From Armatimonadota bacterium (lineage in GTDB: Bacteria; Sysuimicrobiota; Sysuimicrobiia; Sysuimicrobiales; Humicultoraceae), in assembly GCA_037443365.1 (NCBI GenBank), contig JBBIOM010000031.1, positions 1 to 18,899 on the forward strand: DNA of 18,899 nt, read 5' to 3'. The translations under genes were made by a program, and so were the position numbers. Below, piece by piece: positions 7,716-14,670 of this stretch; positions within the stretch are counted from its first letter, which is position 1; each line of letters opens with the position of its first letter. The notes under the pieces are model-generated. The model ran no database searches. It was not told where the DNA came from and saw only the letters and a list, made by a program, of their open reading frames with translations.

Positions 7716-9209
7716 ATGGAGCCCCTGCTTGAGGGCCTGGCCTTCGTCCTCCGACCGACCACGCTGCTGTGGATCGTGGTCGGCGACATCGTGGGGATCT
7801 TCATAGGAGCGCTGCCCGGCCTGACGGCCACGATGGGGCTGGCGCTGTTCCTGCCCATCACGCTGCAGCTCGACAGCCTGACCGCGGTCAGCCTGCTGCT
7901 GGGGCTCTACTTCGGGGCGGTCACCGGAGCGTCCATCCCAGCGGTGCTCTTCGGGATACCGGGCAACCCCAACGCCATTGCCACGGTCTTCGACGGCCTG
8001 CCGATGGCGCGCAAGGGGCAGGCGGGCGTCGCGTTGGGCGGCGCGGTGATCGGGTCGTTCATCGGCGGCCTGATCAGCACCGCGGCACTGCTGGCCGCCT
8101 CGCCGGCGCTCGCGCGCTTCTCGCTGCTGTTCGGCCCGGCTGAGTACTTCTCGCTGGCGTTCGCCAGCCTGACCATAATCGCCAGCGTCTCGGGCGCCTC
8201 GCTCCTTCGGGGCGTGGTGATGGGCGCGGTGGGCGTGCTGCTCGCCACCGTCGGGATCGATACGATGACGGGCATCCGCCGGTTCACCTTCGAGAACCCC
8301 TTCCTGGCCAGCGGCATCGGGCTCGTCCCTGTGCTGATAGGCATGTTTGGGATCACCCAGGCGCTCGACGACGCGGCCCGCAGCAGGGAGCTGCGCCAGA
8401 TCGTCACACAGCGCCTCGGCCGCCTGTTCCCGAGCATCCGGCAGCTTGTCGGGATGTGGCGTCTCATCCTGGAGTCGAGCTGGATCGGGACCTTCATCGG
8501 CCTGCTTCCCGGCGCCGGGGCCAGCGTGGCCGTGGTGCTGGCGTACGAGCGGGCGAAGCAGATCTCCCCGCGCCCCGAGGAGTTCGGCACCGGCCGGCTC
8601 GAGGGGGTGATCGCGCCCGAGGTGGCCAACAACGCGTGCATCGGCGGCGGGCTCATCCCCACCTTCACGCTTGCGCTGCCGGCGGAGGCGGCGGCCGTGC
8701 CCATTCTCGCGGCGCTGGTCATACACGGCGTGACCCCCGGGCCCCTGCTGTTCACCTTCCAGCCGCACTTCATCTACGCCATCGTCTTCGCCATGATCGT
8801 GGCGAACCTGACCACCTGCGTCTTCCAGCTCGGCGGCATCCGGGTCTTCGTGAAGGCGCTGAGCGTCCCGCCGCCCTTGATGCCCCCGCTCGTGATCCTG
8901 CTGTCGGTGCTGGGGGCCTACGCCCTCAACGGCTGGATGTACGATGCCGTCGTGGCGGTCGCATCCGGGATCCTGGGGTTCGTGCTCAAGCGCGCCGGTT
9001 ACCCGCTGATCCCCCTGATCCTGGGACTTGTCCTGGGGCCTATGATGGAGTCGGAGTTCCGCAGGATGATGATCATTGCCGGCGGAGACATTTCGGTATT
9101 CGTGACGCGACCGCTGAGCCTGCTGCTGCTGGCAGCCGGCGTGGGGTCGCTCGTGCGCCAGATCGTGCATCAGCGGCGTCTGGCGCAGAGAGGGGGTGGA
9201 CCGGCATGA
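7716..9209 (+). CDS. tctA: Tripartite tricarboxylate transporter large permease TctA
   Basis: GALPGLTATMG, GIPGNP, FGPAEYF, GLLPGAG, APEVANNA, HGVTPGP and LGLVLGPMME; 497-aa polytopic membrane protein. Confidence 0.95.
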   Translation: MEPLLEGLAFVLRPTTLLWIVVGDIVGIFIGALPGLTATMGLALFLPITLQLDSLTAVSLLLGLYFGAVTGASIPAVLFGIPGNPNAIATVFDGLPMARKGQAGVALGGAVIGSFIGGLISTAALLAASPALARFSLLFGPAEYFSLAFASLTIIASVSGASLLRGVVMGAVGVLLATVGIDTMTGIRRFTFENPFLASGIGLVPVLIGMFGITQALDDAARSRELRQIVTQRLGRLFPSIRQLVGMWRLILESSWIGTFIGLLPGAGASVAVVLAYERAKQISPRPEEFGTGRLEGVIAPEVANNACIGGGLIPTFTLALPAEAAAVPILAALVIHGVTPGPLLFTFQPHFIYAIVFAMIVANLTTCVFQLGGIRVFVKALSVPPPLMPPLVILLSVLGAYALNGWMYDAVVAVASGILGFVLKRAGYPLIPLILGLVLGPMMESEFRRMMIIAGGDISVFVTRPLSLLLLAAGVGSLVRQIVHQRRLAQRGGGPA

Positions 9210-10066
9210 GCGGCCTGGCAGAGAGCCGGCACATAGCGGGCGTTCCGAATCCCACGGCGCACCATCTGGTGGCGTCAGCGGCGAACAGCCCGCTGACGCA
9301 CCTTGAGTTCGCGCTCATCACCCTGGCCGGTGGGGCGGCGACCTACTGCTGGGAGTCGCGTGGGCGCGAGGGAGTGCTGTACCTGATCGAGGGCGGGTGC
9401 GAGGTCACCGTCACGTGCGCGGATACGGAGGCGGCCGGCGTGCCGGCCGCCGTCATGGGCCCGCGCGCGTCGGTCTTCGATGCCCCGCCCGCGGCCCTGT
9501 TTGTGCCCGCCGGCTCGCGCGTCGGCCTGACCCCCCTGCGCGAGGGGGTTCGCCTGGCGCTGTTCTGTGCGCCTCCGGCCTCGGAGCGTCCTGCCAGGAT
9601 CATCGCTCCCGACCAGGTCACGGTCAGGGAGGTAGGACGCGGCACCTGGGCGCGCCGCGTCACCAGCGTCGCCGACCTGGGTATCAGCAGCCGGCTGCTT
9701 GTGGGAGAGACCTACAACCCGGCGGGCCACTGGTCGAGCTACCCGCCGCACAAGCACGACACGCGCCGCACCACCGAGGGCGGGCGGGGCGAGGCGCCCA
9801 TGGAGGAGGTCTACCACTACTACCTGCGCCCCCCGGGCGGGTTCGCGCTGCAGATGGTCTACACCCCGGCGGATGCGCCCGGCGCGTTCGAGCGGATCTA
9901 CCGCGTGCGCACTGGCGACACCGTGGTGATCCCGCGCGGCTACCACCCGATAGTGGCGGCCGGGGGCTACGAGCTGGTCTACCTGTGGGCGATCTCGGGC
10001 GAGCAGGTGGAGTACGCCGCCTGGGCGGATGATCCGGCCCACGCGTGGATCAACCTCCCAAGATAG
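9206..10066 (+). CDS. iolB: 5-deoxy-glucuronate isomerase family cupin (IolB/KduI), 286 aa
   Basis: WSSYPPHKHD, MEEVYHY and IPRGYHP metal-binding cupin motifs. ATG at 9206 overlaps the tctA stop (ATGA). Confidence 0.88.
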   Translation: MSGLAESRHIAGVPNPTAHHLVASAANSPLTHLEFALITLAGGAATYCWESRGREGVLYLIEGGCEVTVTCADTEAAGVPAAVMGPRASVFDAPPAALFVPAGSRVGLTPLREGVRLALFCAPPASERPARIIAPDQVTVREVGRGTWARRVTSVADLGISSRLLVGETYNPAGHWSSYPPHKHDTRRTTEGGRGEAPMEEVYHYYLRPPGGFALQMVYTPADAPGAFERIYRVRTGDTVVIPRGYHPIVAAGGYELVYLWAISGEQVEYAAWADDPAHAWINLPR

Positions 10067-10075
10067 GCACGCACG

Positions 10076-10663
10076 ATGCGGCCCGTGATCGTCTTCGACT
10101 TCGACGGCACGCTGGTTGACGCGTACGAGATAAAGCGCGAATCGTACTGGAAGGCAGTCTGCGAGGTGCTGGGGCTGGATCCCGAGCATCGCGCCACGGT
10201 GGACGCCTCGTATGCCCGCACAAGCGGCGCCCACCGGTTCGTCCAGCTGGCCGACACCGCCGCGGCCCTGGGCGTGGAGGTTGACGACGAAGGGCGCGAG
10301 GAGTTCTCGCGCCGCTACTCGGGCTACAACGAGGCAAGGAAGGACCAGATGAAACCGTTTCCCTCGGCGCGGGGGGTGCTTGAGGCCCTGCGGGCTGGGC
10401 ATGACCTGGTGCTCTGCAGCGGCCTGCCGCACTCCCACCTTGCGGCCGAGGCCGCGCGCCACGACCTGGTCGGGCTCTTCGTCGAGATCGAGGGCGGCGA
10501 CAAGGGCCGCACGCTGGATCGCCTGCGCGCCGAGGGCCGCACGCTCGTGCTCTTCGTGGGCGACACCCCGCACGACGAGGAGGTGGCCGCCTCCCGGGGC
10601 GTGCGGTTCTACAGGGTCGGCGGCGATTCGGACCTCGCGCGGCTTCCGGAGGCGCTCAAATGA
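10076..10663 (+). CDS. HAD-superfamily phosphatase
   Basis: Motif I FDFDGTLVD, motif II CSG, motif III Lys in GGDKG, motif IV VGDTPHD. Confidence 0.9.
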   Translation: MRPVIVFDFDGTLVDAYEIKRESYWKAVCEVLGLDPEHRATVDASYARTSGAHRFVQLADTAAALGVEVDDEGREEFSRRYSGYNEARKDQMKPFPSARGVLEALRAGHDLVLCSGLPHSHLAAEAARHDLVGLFVEIEGGDKGRTLDRLRAEGRTLVLFVGDTPHDEEVAASRGVRFYRVGGDSDLARLPEALK

Positions 10664-11433
10664 GCACGTCGCTTGTGGTCTTGGGATCGGGCGGCGCGGT
10701 GCAGACCGCGCACCGCGACAACGCGGCGCTGGCGTTCGCGATAGGCCGCGAGTGCGTCCTGGTGGACTGCCCGGGCAGCCCGTACCTCAAGCTATGCAGG
10801 GCCGGGCTCGACCCGATGCTCCTGCGGGCCGTCGTTGTCACGCACGCTCATCCCGACCACGTCTACGGGCTGCCGTCGCTGGTCCACCATCTGTGGATGC
10901 TTGCGCGCGAGCAGCCCCTGCCGCTGTTCGCGCCGGCGCCCGAGATTCCGAAACTGCAGGCGCTGCTGGACGTGTTCGATCTGGGCCGGCGCGCCGCTTT
11001 CCTGGAGATGCGCCCGCTGCCCGGCGGCGCCCTGGAGCCATTCTGGGAGCACGCCGGAGGCCGGCTCTTCGCGCTGCCCTCAGACCACGGCCCGCCCGCG
11101 TACGCCATACGCTGGGACACGCCCGCGGGTGCCAGCGTCGTGTACTCGTCGGACACGCGGCCGGTCGAGGCGCTGGCCTCGTTTGGACGCGGCGCCGCGC
11201 TCTTCGTTCACGAGGCCACCTTCCCCCAGGCCGAGGCGGCCCGGGCCGCGGAAGGCGGGCACTCCACGCCAGCGCAGGCCGCGCGCCTGGCCGCCAGAGC
11301 CGGCGCGCGACGGCTCCTCCTGCTGCATCTGGGGAGCAAGGCCGACGCGGCCCTCATGGTGGAGGAGGCCCGAGGAGAGTTCGCGGGCCCGATCGAGGTG
11401 CCCGACGACGGCGCGATCTACGCAGTGGAGTAG
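10660..11433 (+). CDS. Metallo-beta-lactamase-fold hydrolase, RNase Z/ElaC/AtsA-like phosphodiesterase
   Basis: LGSGG, LVDC, THAHPDH (HxHxDH), YSSDT, HEAT, GHST and LLHL. Start overlaps the HAD stop (ATGA). Confidence 0.88.
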   Translation: MSTSLVVLGSGGAVQTAHRDNAALAFAIGRECVLVDCPGSPYLKLCRAGLDPMLLRAVVVTHAHPDHVYGLPSLVHHLWMLAREQPLPLFAPAPEIPKLQALLDVFDLGRRAAFLEMRPLPGGALEPFWEHAGGRLFALPSDHGPPAYAIRWDTPAGASVVYSSDTRPVEALASFGRGAALFVHEATFPQAEAARAAEGGHSTPAQAARLAARAGARRLLLLHLGSKADAALMVEEARGEFAGPIEVPDDGAIYAVE

Positions 11434-11443
11434 TTGGGGAAGC

Positions 11444-11461
11444 GCCGGGGCAACACCCGGC
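11444..11461. terminator. GC hairpin between convergent genes, possible weak terminator
   Basis: GCCGGG-gcaaca-CCCGGC lies between the stops at 11433 and 11470. No U-tract on either side. Confidence 0.3.
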
Positions 11462-11469
11462 AACCCGGG

Positions 11470-12255
11470 CTAGGCCGGGGCTCTGCCCCCGCCGGTGGTC
11501 CCGCCGTCCACCGCGATCGTCTGGCCCGTGATGTATCCTGCCTCGTGGCTGGCCAGGAACACCACGAGGGCCGCCACCTCCTCGGCCCTGCCCATCCGGC
11601 CCATCGGGATCACATCGAGCAGCTTCCGGCGGAGCTCCTCGGGCATGGCGGCCACGATCCCGGCGTCAATCGCGCCCGGCGCTACCGCGTTCACGGTAAC
11701 GCCCCGCGGGGCCATCTCGCGCGCCAGGACCTCGGTCAGCCCGATCATGCCCGCCTTGGCGGCCGAGTAGTTGGCCTGCCCGCCGCTGCCGGCGACGCCA
11801 GCGATCGAGGTGATGTTGATTATCCGGCCCCGGTCGCTGCCGAGCAGGTGGGGGGCGGCGTGGCGGCAGCAGCGCACGGCACCGGACAGGTTGGTGTTCA
11901 GCACGGCGGCCCAATCGGACGGGCGCATGCGCAGCACGAGCGCGTCGCGCGTAATGCCCGCGTTGTTGATCAGTATGTCGAGCCGGCCGAAGCGCGCCAC
12001 CGCTTCCGCGACGCACCGGGCCGCGTCCGCGTCGGAGTCGACGTCGGCCTGGATCGCGAAGACCTCGGCATGGGGAGCCATCTCGCGCACCAGCGCCTCG
12101 GCCCCGGCGGCGTTTGATCGGTAGGTGAACGCGACGCGCGCCCCGGCCCGGGCCAGCGCGATCACTATCGCGCGTCCGAGGCCGGACGATCCTCCGGTGA
12201 CCAGGGCTACGGCGGAATCCATCGTCACGGCGGCAGGCGCATCATCGAGGGGCAT
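11470..12255 (-). CDS. fabG: SDR oxidoreductase, 3-oxoacyl-ACP reductase-like
   Basis: TGGSSGLG, NNAGITRD, GQANYSAAKAG, VNAVAPG and YITGQTIAVDGG. Alternative start ATG at 12222. Confidence 0.85.
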   Translation of the reverse strand: MPLDDAPAAVTMDSAVALVTGGSSGLGRAIVIALARAGARVAFTYRSNAAGAEALVREMAPHAEVFAIQADVDSDADAARCVAEAVARFGRLDILINNAGITRDALVLRMRPSDWAAVLNTNLSGAVRCCRHAAPHLLGSDRGRIINITSIAGVAGSGGQANYSAAKAGMIGLTEVLAREMAPRGVTVNAVAPGAIDAGIVAAMPEELRRKLLDVIPMGRMGRAEEVAALVVFLASHEAGYITGQTIAVDGGTTGGGRAPA

Positions 12256-12265
12256 CGAGCCGCAA

Positions 12266-13075
12266 TCACCCGCGTTGAGCGACCACCTGCATCCAGATGC
12301 GCGGGACGGTCTGCAGGTTCAGGTCCCGGAAGGTCTGGCGCGCGCCCTCTTTGAGCGCCTCCATGCCGATCTCGAGCGGGACGCCGGGCAGCGCGCCCTC
12401 GATGAACATCGAGAACTCGCTGATGTCCTCCCATGCCTGGCAGGGGAGCTGCTTCTCCTGGAACTCGACCACATTCTGGACGAACCCGCTCTCCTCGAGC
12501 AGGCGGCGGTACTCCTCCGGGGTGAGCCACTGCATCGCGGTGGCCTTGGCTTCGCGGACGACGGCGTGCCCTTTCTCGCGCAGCAGGCGCATCGCCCGCA
12601 GCCCCCAGTGCTTGTAGAAGCGCAGGCTGTCCCCGGCGTAGGCGCCCTCGAAGAAGGTGGTGTTGAACGCGAGCACCCCTCCAGGACGCAGCACCTTGCT
12701 GATCCCCCCGATCACCTGGGCCTTGTCCTGGACCAGGTGTATGGCGTTGCAGAAGACCACCGTGTCCACCTGCGGGACGAGGCCGTTCAGGCGCTCCGCC
12801 GTTCCCTGGATGAACCGCACCACCGCGGACTGTATCCGCTGCGCCGCCAGCAGCAGCGCCGACTCGGATGGGTCTATCGCGAAGACGCGCCCAAGCGGGG
12901 GCAGGCCCATGCGCTGCAGGATGAGTTCGGTGATGGCGCCCGGGCCGCAGCCCAGGTCAACGACATCGGAGCCCGGCCTGATCCCGGCCCTGGCCACGAG
13001 CCAGGCGTTCACCTCCCGGAAGAACGGGTGGGCCGCGAACTTGGCAAACGAGAACCTCTCGCCCTCTGCCTCCAT
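12266..13075 (-). CDS. Class I SAM-dependent methyltransferase (UbiE/Methyltransf_11-like), 269 aa
   Basis: VVDLGCGPG, AIDPS and VLRPGG motifs. ATG at 13075 lies 6 nt below a TATACT box. Confidence 0.88.
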   Translation of the reverse strand: MEAEGERFSFAKFAAHPFFREVNAWLVARAGIRPGSDVVDLGCGPGAITELILQRMGLPPLGRVFAIDPSESALLLAAQRIQSAVVRFIQGTAERLNGLVPQVDTVVFCNAIHLVQDKAQVIGGISKVLRPGGVLAFNTTFFEGAYAGDSLRFYKHWGLRAMRLLREKGHAVVREAKATAMQWLTPEEYRRLLEESGFVQNVVEFQEKQLPCQAWEDISEFSMFIEGALPGVPLEIGMEALKEGARQTFRDLNLQTVPRIWMQVVAQRG

Positions 13076-13081
13076 GCCTGA

Positions 13082-13087
13082 AGTATA
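13082..13087 (-). promoter_or_regulatory. -10 box TATACT of a probable leaderless promoter
   Basis: Minus strand reads TAG-gg-TATACT-tcaggc-ATG. The box is AT-rich in GC-rich surroundings and there is no usable Shine-Dalgarno. Confidence 0.6.
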
Positions 13088-13089
13088 CC

Positions 13090-14472
13090 CTAGCCCCATC
13101 CTCCGTGGTGAACAACATCATGCGTCAGACCGCGCGCGCGGGCGGCGGCCTCTCCGGCAGGTGTGACAAGAAGCGTGCCCCCGCGTCCCTCGACGCGTCC
13201 GCCGGCCAGCACGAAGCGCCCGCCGGCCAGGGACCACCTGGCGCGCCCTGCCTCCAGGTCCACGACCGTTATGTCGGCGTCGGCGCCCACGCCGAGATGC
13301 CCCTTGGACGGAAGGCCCAGCATGCGGGCCGGGTTCAGGCTGGCCTTGACCGCGAAGTCGCTGAGGGTCCATGCGCCCATCTGCACAAGCATGAGCCCGT
13401 GGCGCACCAGGAAGTTGCGCGGGATCGCGCCGCCGTCGGTGCCGAGCGCGTCCACCACGAACCGGCCGCCCCGCTGCGCGGTCGCCAGCAGGACCGCGGA
13501 TGGGATGTGGTTGACCGGGAACGAGACCCCTGCCTCGGTGCCCAATGCGCGCCAGGTGTCGAGCCCGTCCGCAGGCGGGGCCAGCACGATCTCGCCGCCC
13601 TTCTGGCGGTGGATGCGCGCATAGCCGGCTCGGATCGCCGCTTCCAACCCGGCCTCGCTTGACTCGTAGCCGCCCAGCCGAAGGCAGGTGCGCGTGACGG
13701 CGCTTCTGGGAACGCCATCGGCGCAGCGCGCCGAGGTGCCGTTGTAGACCGAGATGTAGGACTCACTCACCGCGCCGGGATGCGCGGCAAGGAGGTCGAG
13801 CGCGCGCAGCGCCTCTCCGACCGGGTCGCCTGTTATCTGTCCGCGGCAGTACGAGTTCACGTGGGCGATGTGGATGGGGCGTCCCGCGGCCAGGTCCAGC
13901 GCCTCCTCGAGCCCGCGAATGTCCGAGCCGGTCGCGGTCGTGCCCACGTGGAATGCGATGTAGCAGCGCCGCGCCGCTGCCGCTTCCACTGCCAGGGCCG
14001 TGGCCCTGGGGGTCAGGGGGTAGTGGCCTCCCAGCAGCTTGATCCCGATCGCGCCGCCGGCCAGGGCACGGTCCACCGCGGTGGCAATCTCGTCTCCCGG
14101 CGGGTCCTGAGACCCCAGCGTCGCGCCTGGAACCAGTGGGTGCAAGTACGCGATGCCAAGCCCGGCGCCCCCGCCTCTCAGGTCGCGCGCCAGGTCTTCG
14201 ATGTCCCCGGCCGTATCCAGCGCGGTCACGACGCCTGTCGCGGCCACCATGCCGTGCCCCTCGGCCGACCCGAAGTGGCGCGAGAGGTGCGTGTGGCTGT
14301 CAATCACCCCAGGGAGGACGTGGTGCCCGGATACGTCAAGCGTCCTGCGCGCGCCGGTGGTCACCCGACCGACCTCGCTGATACGCCCGTCGCGCACCGC
14401 CAGGTCGGCTGGACCATCGGTGTTGTGGGCGGGATCCACCAGATGCCCGCCTGTCAGCACGAGATCATGCAC
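13090..14472 (-). CDS. Amidohydrolase superfamily metalloenzyme (dihydroorotase/deacylase-like, substrate unknown)
   Basis: LPGVIDSHTH (HxH), candidate carboxylated Lys in GIKL, AFHVG, HIAH, GTDGG, and NPARMLG..KGHLGVGADADI. A GGGAGG Shine-Dalgarno precedes the GTG. Confidence 0.88.
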   Translation of the reverse strand: MHDLVLTGGHLVDPAHNTDGPADLAVRDGRISEVGRVTTGARRTLDVSGHHVLPGVIDSHTHLSRHFGSAEGHGMVAATGVVTALDTAGDIEDLARDLRGGGAGLGIAYLHPLVPGATLGSQDPPGDEIATAVDRALAGGAIGIKLLGGHYPLTPRATALAVEAAAARRCYIAFHVGTTATGSDIRGLEEALDLAAGRPIHIAHVNSYCRGQITGDPVGEALRALDLLAAHPGAVSESYISVYNGTSARCADGVPRSAVTRTCLRLGGYESSEAGLEAAIRAGYARIHRQKGGEIVLAPPADGLDTWRALGTEAGVSFPVNHIPSAVLLATAQRGGRFVVDALGTDGGAIPRNFLVRHGLMLVQMGAWTLSDFAVKASLNPARMLGLPSKGHLGVGADADITVVDLEAGRARWSLAGGRFVLAGGRVEGRGGTLLVTPAGEAAARARGLTHDVVHHGGWG

Positions 14473-14498
14473 CGGGACCCCCTCCCTTCCAGGGTGAG

Positions 14499-14523
14499 AT
14501 TGGCCGGAAAGGGCGCCATTCCT
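14499..14523 (-). promoter_or_regulatory. Possible sigma-H-like promoter AGGA-N17-CAAT for the amidohydrolase
   Basis: Minus strand reads aaAGGA atggcgccctttccggc CAAT; one mismatch to GAAT. Confidence 0.35.
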
Positions 14524-14524
14524 T

Positions 14525-14533
14525 TGCTATAAT
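14525..14533 (+). promoter_or_regulatory. Extended -10 promoter TGcTATAAT for tRNA-Ser
   Basis: Perfect TGnTATAAT, then a GC-rich discriminator CAGCGCC, then the tRNA 5' end. Confidence 0.8.
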
Positions 14534-14540
14534 CAGCGCC

Positions 14541-14630
14541 GGAGAGGTGGCTGAGCCTGGACGAAGGCGGCGGACTTGAAATCCGTTAGGGTGAATGCCC
14601 TCGTGGGTTCGAATCCCACCCTCTCCGCCA
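14541..14630 (+). tRNA. tRNA-Ser, anticodon UGA
   Basis: Acceptor stem GGAGAGG/CCTCTCC, discriminator G, encoded CCA. Anticodon arm GCGGA-CT TGA AA-TCCGT. Long variable arm AGGGT-GAAT-GCCCT. T arm GTGGG-TTCGAAT-CCCAC. Confidence 0.97.
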
Positions 14631-14670
14631 GCCGGAAGCGATGACAACCCCACCGCATGGAGGCCGCGCG

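Noticed and set aside
5668-9170. Long minus-strand ORFs 5668-7614 (648 aa) and 7662-9170 (502 aa)
   Set aside because: Mostly antisense shadows of tctC/tctB and tctA, with Arg/Ala/Gly-rich composition and no domain motifs.
8456-9205. N-terminal extension making IolB a 536-aa fusion protein
   Set aside because: The extension is an out-of-frame read inside tctA; the real start is the ATGA-coupled ATG at 9206. The same reasoning applies to the ORF-track extensions of queF, the ABC ATPase, tctC and the MoaD-like gene.
14541-14630. Possible selenocysteine or suppressor tRNA because of TGA in the anticodon loop and the long variable arm
   Set aside because: Anticodon UGA reads the Ser codon UCA, whereas tRNA-Sec needs anticodon UCA. 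The acceptor stem is the standard 7 bp with G73, typical of tRNA-Ser.
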